Below, piece after piece: positions 1 through 12,129 of a stretch of DNA of 64,000 nucleotides. Under the pieces are notes generated by a model. It was not told the origin of the DNA. It made no database searches and worked only from the letters and a program-made list of their open reading frames with translations. Location: assembly GCA_039545335.1 (NCBI GenBank), contig BCIN01000005.1:310001-374000 (forward strand), read 5' to 3'. Positions within the stretch are counted from its first letter, which is position 1; each line of letters starts with the position of its first letter. Source of the DNA: Kondoa subrosea. Taxonomy: Eukaryota. Both the position numbers and the translations under genes were made by a program.

Positions 1-1723
1 ACACCGGTATCGCAATGCCAACTTATAAACTCACACTACCTTCCGTCGATCCAACGGGTGCAGGTGAAGATCAACCCTTGTTTCAAATTTCCAGAACATC
101 AAGAACTGCACCTTGGTGGACATTATGGTATTACACTTATTCAGGTCATCTAGTCCCACCGAAAAGAGTCGAATTTGGGAAAATTGAGAAGGCGCCAGTC
201 GATAAACGGACAGGTAGCGGAGGTGGAACTAGAGTCGTCATTAGTGGAAAGTCTGAAGCCGAAAAGGCAGTTTGGAAGACTCTAGGCGACGGGAATGAGG
301 ATATGGTTGAGTGTGTTTTTGTGCCGACAGGAGAGGGAAAACAAAGCTGAATCTGTTGTGTTCAGATGGATCGTTCTTTGTGCTGCGCTCAACGTACTAG
401 ATGATGAGATCAGAGAAGCGATGAAAGGCGCAGGAACGGTTTGTTACTGTCTTGACCAAAGCCTTCGTGCGCTGATCCTGTTTCCTAAACGAATAGCCCC
501 TCCGAGCACCTCCTTCGAATGTTGGGCGAATGCCAGGCGGTCCAGGCCCAGCACAAGGTCATCAGCTACATCCAACAGGCTATCACGGCAATGCTCCTCC
601 GCCAAATCGCAGTCGGACTTCAGATCCACCAGATCGAGGCTTACAGAATGGCATGAATGGCTTAAACATCAATGGACGACAATCTCCTCAAGATCCTCGT
701 CGGCCTTCGCTGGAGGAGCGACCGAGAGATCCAAGATCTGATCCACATAGACGCCCAACTAATGCTCCTCCAATAGATGGCAGACAACTGCCAGATCCTA
801 GAGCTATGATGCAAGATCCGAGAAAAGCGGGTCCAGATCCGCGTGCTCTGCCGCCTCAAGGAGATATGCCGAGATCTTTCGATCCTCGAATGCAGCAACC
901 TAGGCCGCCTTTATCGAATGGGGCTCGATCAATGAATTTACAAGACATGCGAGGTCCACCGGCTCAAATAGTACAACCAGATTCTAGAATGCAAGATCCT
1001 CGAAGAGATCCGAGAATGCAATCGCAGCAAGATCCCAGAATGGATCCAAGGCAACCACAGCCGATACAAGAACCTCAAAGGCAAATGTCCGATCCGCGGC
1101 CGTTGCCATCAGAGCCAAGACAGATGCAACCAGATCCACGTATGGATCCTCGCATGCAAGATCCACGATTACGAGATCCTCGCGGACCACCTCTCGTGGC
1201 TCAAAATAGGACACCAACACCCGAACCCAATTCTTCACCTCGCACTCATCCTGATATGCTGCGAGCAGGCAGCAATGGCTCTGTACCTTCTTCTTCCTCT
1301 TCTTCCCAGCAAAATGGCTCGCGTGGTCCATCTCCTCTTTCAGCTTCTACGTCAGCTTTACCCTATGATAAACCAGCAGCACCATCTTTTGCGCCTCGAC
1401 CTGGTGCAGGTCAAGCTCAATCAGGACCTATACCACGACCGCGATTAGGTAGCAACAATGTACCTAAACCACTTCAAACGCAACAGCAACCTCAATTAGG
1501 CCCGCCAATGGAATTCGTTTCACCTCCTTCACCAGGCGGAAGACAAAGAGTGGAAAGCGGTGGTCAGAACAATTACATTCCGGGTCAATCTCGTCGATCA
1601 CCACAAGGAGCAAGACCACCTGAAGATTTCATGAGGAGTAGGAACGCTTCACCTCAGCCTCAACCTCAACTAAGAGGTGGTGCGCAATTATCAGATGTGC
1701 CACTCTCAAGATCTGAGAGGTAG
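1..1723 (+). CDS. Hypothetical protein, probably 5'-partial; globular region followed by a long P/Q/R-rich tail with DPR(M)Q repeats
   Basis: ORFs 15-350, 295-741 and 530-1723 join through two GT-AG introns (~314-365, ~439-495), giving ...EDMVEWIVLCAALNVLDDEI...; stop at 1721-1723. Confidence 0.7.
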
Positions 1724-1925
1724 CAATTGTGTATGGCTGTGGATTTTCCTTTGGTCGTTTGTACTATCATTATTCATCCGTCGTTCATCTCGCATAGCAA
1801 ATGTAGACATGAGTTCTTCAACCTTCGCTTCTTGTGATCATTTGAGACTTATATCGCGTCGAATGATAATTGCATAAATTTCTCTGGTCATCTGTTGACT
1901 TCCATTGCGCGCTCTACTCGCCAAG

Positions 1926-4900
1926 ATGGTGATGTATGAGACATCCAAAGGTGCTGACAGCTTCCTTCAACGCGTAGAATAGCAATCTCATTACTGTTCG
2001 ATCAAGTTTCTGAGGCGACAGCAGATTTGGCCTTGGACAAACCTGACGAGACGAGTTTCTGTCAATTCTTCGACAAGTTGCCTCCTACCGTCCCTGGGAC
2101 GATAAGACTCTTTGATCGTGGAGAATATTACAGCGCTCGTACGTCTGCATCTGACGCTACAGCGCATGGGTCAGATTGAATGACTTTCGAATGCAGACGG
2201 CTCTGATGCTCTGTATATTGCTGCGAACGTGTACAAGGTGCGGTCCAAGCCTATATGCAGGAATATAACTGAAAGTAAAGTTGACTAGACATCAAGTGTT
2301 CTCAAGTACTTGGGCCCCAAGAGAGATGGACCAACTTCTGGTTTACCTTCCTGCACTCTTTCCTTACAAGTAGCTAAATCTTTCCTACGCGATGCTTTGA
2401 CTTCCAAACAACTTCGAATTGAAATCTACGTTAAAGAAGGTAATGGTAAAAAGGGTAGCAAATTCGAGATTGGTCAACAAGCTTCTCCTGGAAACTTATC
2501 GGAACTAGAAGACCTACTTTTCGTTTCCGAAGACATCCTTTCTGCTCCTGTTATTGCTGCGATTCATTATACTGTTAAAGCGGGTGTCAAGACTGTCGGA
2601 GTTGCTTTTGGTGATTCTTCAGTTCGAGAGATTGGGATTTCAGAATTTCAAGACAATGACTTGTTCAGCAATGTGGAATCACTTCTTATTCAGCTAGGCA
2701 TAAAAGAAGTCGTCTTACCTGCTGTGGCTTTGGCTGATAAAGAAGGCGATAAGGCTAAAGACTACGAAGCGGACAAGCTGAGAAAGCTGTTGGCTCGTTG
2801 TAACGTGGTCGTAACTACTCGAAAGAAATGTTTGTCTCTGTTCGAACCTTTATCATTCGGTATGGTGTTTTTGATGAGAGAAACAGCTGAGTTCAAGACT
2901 ACAAGTATTCAGCAAGATCTAGATAGGCTTCTGCGCAACGATGGCAAAGTGGTATATGCCCGTAAGTCAGGGTTTACTGCTACGAAATATCACTCATATA
3001 GCTCTATTGGCTAACAGCACAATACGAACTCGAGACCGCTATGGCCTCTGCTGCAGCCCTGATCAGCTATCTATCTTTGCTGGCAGACGAATCCAACATT
3101 GGCGCGTACAAACTTCTTACTCATTCGATGGGTCAATACATGCATCTAGACGCTTCAGCTGTGCGAGCTTTACATCTTATGCCGGATCCAAATATGGGCG
3201 GCGGAAGCAAATCAATGAGCATCTTTGGGATTCTGAACAAGTGTAAGACTGCCCAAGGAACGAGATTGCTTGGTCAATGGTTGAAACAACCTGTGGTTAA
3301 TGTTCATGAGATTGAGAAAAGGCAAGATCTGGTGGAGGCTTTCGTGGAGGACAGCTTTATGCGTCAGAGCTTGCAGGTAGGTCGTGTCTCATTGTCATCG
3401 TGTGATCGCTAAAGCAGATCGTGACAGACTGAACACCTTAAAAGCATACCTGATCTAATACGCTTGACGAAGAAGTTTCAGAAAACTATCGCAAATCTTC
3501 AAGACGTGATCCGAGTCTATCAAGCTATCATTAAATTGCCTGCTTTCATCGAAACACTCGAAACTGCTGGCTCGGAATCGGGCAACAAGAAACACAATAC
3601 GCTCGTGGAGAAGGAATTTACAGCACCGCTCCGCGTGAGTTGAATACTTGGGTGAACAGCTGCGCTTATCAAGGAGTAATGCTAGGGCTTGTCTGAAGAT
3701 CTTGAAAAGTATGTTCAAATGGTTGAAGAGACCATCGATTTGGAAGAATTAGATAAGTAAGTTTTGTCGCAGCAGTAATCTGAAGGTCGTGGCTTACAGC
3801 CGAATGAGTCATCGCTATGTGATCAAAGCCGCCTTCAATGAAGAATTAGAGCAAATCAAGGAACAGCTCGATAAAACCAAAGAATCGCTTGATGAAGAAT
3901 TTGCCAACGTAGCTGAAGATCTCGGCTTTGATACCGATGGCAAGACTCTGCACTTCGAAGCGCATGCTACTTATGGCCACACTTTCCGCTTAACCCGAAA
4001 AGTAAGGTTTCGCCTGAAAGCACAACCTGGATGACGTTTTATGCTCGGAGCAGGAAAGTTCAGCTATCAAGAAGAAAGATAACAAGCTCAAATACATCGA
4101 ATTGACTAGCAAATCGAATGGGGTGCTTTTCACTACAAGAAAGCTCAAGTCTGATGTTGAAAGTTGGAAAGACTTGGAGTCGCGCTACAACAAGAAGCAA
4201 AGCACATTGGTCAAAGAGGTTGTCGGAATTGCTGGTATGTGCAGGTCATCAGTCAAGGCGATGAAGCTCATTTGACGCTGGCAGCTTCCTATTGTCCTGT
4301 TCTTGAGAACCTGAATGGCGTGTTCGCCTATCTGGATGTAATCGTCAGGTAAGTTATCGCTAGGTCAAATACGAGAAGTCTAACAGCAGGAGCAGCTTGG
4401 CTCACGTAGCTGTCAATTCGCCTACCGCTTTTGTGAAGCCTACTGTCACACCCAAAGGTGGGATTGCGTGAAACAAGTACTATCGATAGCTAATTAGGCA
4501 ACAGGCGAGGGTGATCTCGTCTTTAAGGAATCCAGACATCCTTGTCTAGAAGCTCAAGATGATGTGAATTTTATTCCAAATGATGTAGAACTGGTTCGAG
4601 GTAAGTACGAGTGTATGAGGTCTGATCTCGAACTAAGCTTTGCAACAGGCAAGAGCGAATTCAATATCATTACCGGACCGAAGTGAGCTGAAGATCATCT
4701 AGAGATTGTGCATTTTGGGCTCATTGCGACCTACAGCATGGGAGGGAAGAGCACATACATTCGACAGATCGGTGTAATAGCTCTCATGGCACAAATTGGC
4801 TCTTGGGTTCCTTGTTCGGAAGCGAAGATGCCGTGCTTTGATGCTATTCATGCCCGAGTAGGAGCTGGAGATAGTCAGATGAAAGGCATTTCTACTTTCA

Positions 4901-5734
4901 TGGCTGAGATGCTCGAGACTGCTACCATCGTATGTTTTGACTGTTCCAGTAGACATACGCTCATTGATTTCATCTGACAAAGCTCAAATCAGCAACGAAA
5001 GACTCGCTCATAATAATCGATGAGCTTGGTCGCGGAACCAGTACCTTTGATGGATTCGGCTTAGCGTGGGCTATTTCGGAAAACATCGCCAACGAGATTC
5101 GCTGCTTCTGTCTCTTTGCTACCCATTTCCATGAACTTTGTTCCTTAGCACAGCAACATGAGCAAGTCAAAAATCTACATGTCATTGCGCAGGTGGATAC
5201 AAAACCGGATTCAATAACTGGTAGAGATAGTAGGTTCTACTTCAGCGCCGAACGGATTTGGCGGCTAATCGTTGAGTTTAAGTCACATTGCTCTACAAAG
5301 TTGAAGAAGGATCATGTAAGTCGCTATATGATGCTGTATATCAATGGCGCTGATTCGTATCTGGCCTAGGTGACGAATCGTTTGGTATTCAAGTAGCCGA
5401 ACTAGCTAGTTTCCCAAAAGCTGTTGTCCATTTGGCCAAACGCAAAGCAGAAGATCTTGAATCGTTTGAAGGTACATCCAAAGTGGGGAAAGCCATGGCC
5501 GTCGACCCAGAAGTAGCTAAAGCTGGTACTTTGCTGCTGAAGAAAGTTCTTCGAGAATGGGCAGAAAAACATCAAGCGCCTTCAGATGTAACGCAAGATG
5601 GTGACGTAGAGATGTCTACTCCTGAAGATGAGACGAAAAGGAAAGTAGCTATTCTGGAAGCATGTTTCGCAGAACATAAGGAAGAGCTCATGGCTAATGC
5701 TTGGGTTGCTGCTTTGCTCAATCCGGGAGAGTAA
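1926..5734 (+). CDS. MSH2: DNA mismatch repair protein MSH2 (MutS family), multi-exon
   Basis: Spliced motifs [39 protein letters not shown] (Walker A), [42 protein letters not shown]. Confidence 0.96.
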
Positions 5735-5818
5735 ATCATATGTATCATTGAAGAAGTAGTGAAGTGATATACCACTCATGTAAGCATTGCATGAATTCTT
5801 AATTGTACAAGTTCACGT

Positions 5819-6927
5819 TCACATTTCCATCTCCTCATTGCCTTTTCCCAGCTCTTTTAATCGCCCTATATCCTGTATAGGTAGCCAAGTCGACAATGGA
5901 CTCACTCCGCTGTCGTACAGCGCATCTTGAAGACAGAAAGAGAGACCGTCTACGGGTAATCGAAATGTACGGATTGCTGGAATCGGCACAAAAGCAGAAT
6001 CAAACTCCACAACAGGAATGATTATCTCGCAAGCCGTATGAGCTATCTGATCGAGCTGAAGAGGAGGAGATATAGTAGGTGCAGAGGCGACAAGTAGATG
6101 TCGACTATTTGAATCCGATTGAGCATAGAAAGGTTGTCGAGGCAATTCAGAAATCTTGGAGTCGCGAAAAAAGACTCGGAAATCTGTCGAACTGTCCGCT
6201 ATTGCTACTGTTTGCCAGAAAAGAACTTGAACAAGGGTGATCAGTTTTTGGACGATCAATCGAGACAGCAGGGACAGACTATCGAGGATAATGACCAGAG
6301 ACTGATCCTCTACCCATATACAGTCTAGTAAGCTGCAATGCGAATTAAACGAAAGCTGCGGCGGAAGGAAGTAGTACGAACCAAGAAGGTGGAAGCCCAG
6401 TAACGCAGCGCTGAAGCGGCACAGCTTTCACTCGAGACAGCAGTAGAGCGTTATGAGAGTCTGAGCGTGAGTTTAGATGCGATGGAGATGGCAAATGACA
6501 GGCACATACAATGCCTACCCTTGACAAGAGGATACGTAGAAACGCAGACTCGCTTCCCTTTCGGTACCAGCATTGCAAAGTAGCACTCCAGCAGATCGTG
6601 CGGCAGAAATTCGAAGCTCTCAGCCTGCATTAAGCGGTTCTTATATTCCTTGTATCGCTTTTGCTGCTTCTTCTTCTGCACGCCTTCAGCATCTTGCTCT
6701 TCTTCCTCGTCTGACAGACTAAGCGAGAGCAGGTCATGTACACCTGGCCTGAGGAATTGTATAGCATTCTGTCTGCGGCTATTCAAGTCAGACCTTCTCT
6801 TTTTTTGGCAGAATGTGTCGAACCGTTTGGCCTGCTGAGCTGCTAAAGCTAGAGCTCTTCTTTCTTCAATATTGCTGCGAGATCCCTGGGTCTTGTACAG
6901 GCTTTTGAAGCGCGAGATACTGCTCAT
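5819..6927 (-). CDS. SNUPN: Snurportin-1-like m3G-cap nuclear import adaptor
   Basis: N-terminal IBB-like RFKSLYK...EERRALALAAQQAKR; YKNRLMQAES and MLVPKGKRVCV resemble snurportin YANQLMLSEW and VCPVGKRAL; C-terminal DGLSFCLQDALYDSGVSPLSTW resembles [22 protein letters not shown]. Compared from memory. Confidence 0.8.
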
Positions 6928-7051
6928 GGTCAACTCCAGATTACGTAATTTCCGATTATGATGATTTACCGGTCCACAATCTTCCTTCTCCTCCTGCAGC
7001 ATCCACTCCGCATACCTTTTGATCGATTTCTGTCCTTCAATCTCAGCAGAT

Positions 7052-8642
7052 ATGGCAGCAGCAGCAGCACATGATTTCAACTGCTTGACTATTGGCGAGC
7101 TTGAAGCTCACGCAAGAGAGCGAATGGATAAGCAAGCAAGTTTGTTTCATGCTGAGATGAACCTCTGATTGATATAGTTCTTCGTTTTGCAGACTCGCGA
7201 TTACTACAACGAGTCAGTCCGATGAAAAGCAAGACTTCATCACATGTTGATCGATCATTCACAGAGGCGCAGATTCGGGCTCGACTCTAGCTGAGAACAT
7301 CTCTGCTTATCAAAAGTATCGCATCCGTCCCCGAGTACTGCGAGATGTCTCGAATATTGATACATCCGCAACTATATTTGGATTTCGCAATGCTATGCCA
7401 TTAGCTGTCGCTCCTACAGCTATGCAGAAATTAGCTCACAGCGATGGTGAACTTGCAACTGCTCGAGCGTGCAAGAAAGCAGGTGTAGCAATGGGTTTAT
7501 CGTCTTTCGCTACAACCACTTTGGAAGATGTCGCAGCCGAGTTGGGAAGCGGAACACCTTGCGTCCTTCAATTATACCTCTTTGAAGCTAGAGAACATTC
7601 CAAGAAGTTGATCGCTCGAGCCAAAAAAGCTGGCTACAAGGCAGTTTTCTTAACTGTTGATACGCCCATGCTAGGTTGGCTTTGACTTTCTCTATCGATT
7701 ACACTGTTTCTAATCAGATAGATACAGGTCGAAGAAATATGGAGATCCGAAATCAGTTCAAGTTACCTTCTCATTTGACTATTGCCAATTTCCCAGAAGA
7801 GGACAACTCAGGCGAAGCTGCTGCTAGTATTATGGACGGAACGATGGGATCGAAGAAGAAGTCTGCAAGTACTGCCGGATATACCAAAGATGGGAAACGA
7901 GTGTTACCAAGTGGCAAGATTTCTTTCCATACCGTACGGTTTTTCTCTTTCCAGTTGATGTTGCAGTTTTCTTATGAGATTGATAGCATGCCGCTAATCC
8001 TACTTTATCTTGGGAACGTGATATTGATTGGCTCAAGAAAGAATGTGGGAAAGATATGCAAGTTTGGGTTAAAGGTATTGCTACAGCTGAAGATGCCCTT
8101 TTGGCAATGCATCATGGTGTCGATGGGATTGTCGTTTCCAATCATGGTCGGTCTTTTCAGTTGAAAGCACAGGGTTACGCTCAATGTTTAGTCTCAGGTG
8201 GAAGACAGCTCAACGGCGCATTAGCTACTCTTGATGCTTTACCTGATGTTGCTGCTGCTGTCAACAAGCGAATACCCGTACATGTCGATGGTGGAATCAG
8301 ACACGGCACAGATGTTTTCAAAGCTCTGGCTTTAGGTGCAGATTTCGTCTGGATCGGTAGACCAGTGAGTGTATTTCTCTTTGTCCAGGCAATGCTGATT
8401 GTGCATACAGGTATTGTGGGGACTTGCCTATAAAGCTGAAGCCGTATGAGTTCTGCTTGCTTTCAATATGCAATAGGCTGATTTTGGTGATTTAGGGTGT
8501 ATCGTTATGTTTGAAACTGCTATTGGATGAGTTCAAGCTTTGTATGGCTCTAGCTGGAGTAACGAAAGTCAGCGAGATTAATCAAGAGTATTTAGTCAAG
8601 ATGGATAAGAGTGGCTTCGTAGAAAGATTGAGCAAGTTGTGA
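7052..8642 (+). CDS. FMN-dependent (S)-2-hydroxy-acid oxidase/dehydrogenase (glycolate oxidase family)
   Basis: Motifs RIRPRVLRDVS, APTAMQKLAH, LTVDTPMLG, VKGI, VVSNHGGRQL, VDGGIRHGTDVFKALALGA, IGRP. Confidence 0.93.
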
Positions 8643-8747
8643 AGAGCTGACCCAAGTCAAGTCTATAGTGTTACGAATGTTCATTCATGCATATCGCGTT
8701 ATGTTTGCCTGTACCTGCAATCTATAGTGTTTCTGTATATAGTACTC

Positions 8748-11700
8748 TCAATCCCAGAAAGAGGTCATGCCAACTTCCTGCTCAATCAGATCTCTTTCTT
8801 GCCGCGGAGAAAAGTCGGAAGTCGGTACTGCCTCCTCTTTTTCCATAGGATGCTTGAGTGAACCCAAAACTTTGACCCAGCCAGCAGTAGAAGCCTGATT
8901 ACTGAACTCGAGGAATTGCGAGAATTCGACCAAAGGTTGATAGACAGAGCTGCGAGCACAACTCAAGCAGTATGAGGAAACTTTAGAGTTCTGATGATGG
9001 TATTGTGGAAACCGAAGGGTGTGGGTTATGAGGGCATCACTTGACTTGTGACAGCGAGAACAAGTTCCAGCATGTGCAGGGTGAAAGCTAAACGCATGAT
9101 CAGTATTAGATGTGAATTTTGAGCGACAGCCTTACACATGCAAACCTATATCTTGTAGCAACAGCCGAAGTCACAATTTGTTCACTATCAACTCCTCTTC
9201 TGCTCTGGTACCGGCCGTATACAAAAGATTGACAGCTTCGGTTGTATACTCTGACGATGCTTTGTATGTAGGATCAGCGTAATCTTCACCTAAAATGACC
9301 TGAAGGTTGATTAAGCTCACAATCACGAATTTGTGTAGGGAAAACTCACTAAACGGTATTCATGCCCTTTCGCTTGATGTAGGGTTGTGACAGTAAGATC
9401 AGCTGCGGTTGCTGTTTCGACCAGCATTCCTTCTATTGCTCCCATCCTTGTTAAGAAGCCATCTTGCTTCAAGAGTTCTTCCAATTCCAAGATGTTGAGA
9501 AGTGCCGGCATTGATAGGTCTCCGCTTTCTTCGACCTCAGTTCGCAAATCTGTCCAGGTAGCGAAGCCTTTGAGCAAACTCGAGCGGGAATTTTTCGGAC
9601 GCTCTAGACCACGACATAGGCGAGAAGCATCCTTGTAAATATGCATTCGCGACAGAGGCGTCTCGCTCGTCTTCAGCAAGACTTTTGCATGCGGAGACGT
9701 TGCTTGTAGAGCTAGCAGGAATTCAATTACCCCTAGAAACATCGCCTAAGCTTCGGTCGGCAGCTGATACAATGACGAACCCTTGTTTGTGCGGCAGACT
9801 ATAGCTGCTCCTGCAAGTGTCTGTACGCCAGGAGGGAGAGGCTGGAAGATCTTTCCAACATTAGGCGACAAGCCTTCAAGCTTAGGTAAATCCGCTACAG
9901 GATTCAACTGTAGTACACAATTCGCGAATCTAGCGATTTCGGATCCAAAGCGAAAGCTCTGAGTTAGAACAAGTTCCTGATCGGCTGGTAATTCAGTCCA
10001 AGTATTCTGTGACGCTTATTGAGCGAGCTCTGCAATGAGAAGCATAAAAATGCGCACATTGGCACCTCTGAAGCCATAGATCTGCTGGAACCGATCACCA
10101 ACCGAAACCACACGCTACTGTATGTAAGTTGTAGCATAGGTTTGACACGTGCTTCGCTGACCTTATGCCTGCTAGCACGCTTGATGATTTCAATTTCTGC
10201 GTCGTTGAAGTCCTATTCTGGTAAATGAGGCGCGCATCCGAGTCTCGGCTCTGCTGTTCATACCTGAGATTCGTCAACAACGAGCATCATCGTATCTCTC
10301 GCCAGATTGTGACGTTTGAGATGCAGGAGTTTGATTTGGGCAGCAAAAACCAAAGGTGCACTAAGGTCTTTGAGATCCAGAAGTCGTTTGCAAGTCACTT
10401 TCGTGAGATCTAGGATCAATCTGGCATATTTTGAGCCGTGCTCGAAAGCGTAGGAAGCTGATGTCTTGTCAGACAGATGTTGCAAGCTCAACCACTATGC
10501 GTACATAGATGCTCTAAGCACGGATGATCAGCTTGATACAAGTAGCAGAGAGCGATTCACTAACTTTTGCCAGGCAATGATTCAGCCGAGGACAGAAAAG
10601 TATTGGTCGCTGCTAGCACTCGATGCGGGACCCTTTCTCTTGCTAATTCTTCTTTCTCGGGGAGATCTTTACCCAAATCTTCCATTGCTTTCTGTACATG
10701 AGGCATCTTCTTGATATGACTGACATCCAGATTCCTTGTATCGCCAAATTTCTCTTTCGCATCTGAATTGAACCTTACAACATGACGAAATGCGACTGAG
10801 CCCATAGTGATGCAATCAACGTGATTGATTCTGCGATCCTTGTTGAACCTTTCGAGAGCAGCTGATTTCATCGCTCGGTTGTAGACCATATACCAGCAGT
10901 ATCCAGCTTGTTTCTTGAGTAATTCGACAACAGCTGCAGTTTTTCCAGTACCGGCTGTAGAATATGCAATCAGAAAGGTGCAGAAAGAGCAGTTTAGCTA
11001 GCTAACCATACGCATTGACACGGGTTATTCCAGGACCGGGCCGGATCTGAGTGATGAGCTTTTGCTGCTCGCTCAGCGCGAATCCCTCAGATGTCCTGCT
11101 ATCTGATATATCCGTTGAAGCCGGGGTGACTGTGTGATTGGCCAAAATATCACGGGCGTTTAGAGCATTTGCTGATAGCCGTATACCAGATATCAATGAT
11201 TCAGCATAGATCAGCTCCCTGATCCAAGATCAGTACCGCTGCAAACAAGGCATTAATTCAAGGCTGACAAGATTGACCGCAGCATATCGGCTAGACTTCC
11301 GTTGGTCAGCTCCATCGCGGAAGCTTCAGTGATGGTACTGGTGATATCAGCCGCAGAAGGATTGATCAAGATTCTGCTCGCAATATTCAATAAATGCTGA
11401 CAAGGGATGAGTCGTGTTATGTTCTCTGCGCAAGAATTACGAACCTCCTGCGTTATAGCCTGGGCGGCTTCCTCAGTCTCCAAAGCATGTTTGATTATGG
11501 CCAGAGTGTTCAACAAAGGACCATTTGATCGATACAAGCATAAGCCTTGACGAAATCGACTTCTCAGTGTTTGCAGACTTTGAGGTAGTGGGATCACCGG
11601 TATTGAAGTATAGATGCCTGGACGTAAACTAAGAGCGACTTGAACTTCCTCTTGGGTTTGAAGAAATGTTTTCTTTGCATTTGCAACTTCGGCTGTCACT

Positions 11701-11849
11701 TTTTCAGGAAATTGGATTGGCAGTATCTGAATAGCTTTCCAAGTAGATGTATCAACAGGCGACGTAGGCTGTGTACGCTTAATACGAGCATATTGTTTTA
11801 AAGATCCATTCAAATTGCGATAAAGTTCGTTCCAGCGCGGGCGCGACAT
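8748..11849 (-). CDS. UvrD-like superfamily 1 DNA helicase, FBH1/FBXO18-like
   Basis: Spliced RVNAYAGTGKT (Walker A), LVVDESQD, GDRFQQIYGFRGA, LTQSFRFGSEIA, CRTNKGV, TTLHQAKGHEY, NLLYTAGTRA. No F-box is recognisable by eye. Confidence 0.85.
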
Positions 11850-12129
11850 GCAGACAATGGCTTGAGGATATCACTGGCAACGGCAACGGCAACGGACGAG
11901 AGGTAAAGAGCGAAAAGAGAGAAAAGAAAGCATCGCGCATCGAGCATAGAAAAACACGACGCTCCAATCTATTAGCGAAACGCATTTGCTCACGAGATAG
12001 CTCACGGAGAGATGGCAGGTAAGACACTGCACAAGCGAGACACTAGCGAGACCAGCGTCCCAAAGACTTCCAGACATGAAAACATTATAGAATGGTCTTT
12101 CTCGCGCTCGACGATGCGAAGCTGAGGTC

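Noticed and set aside
9734..9782. Apparent frameshift or non-canonical donor in the helicase
   Set aside because: Resolved by the downstream TTTCTAG acceptor, giving RTNKGVIEF.
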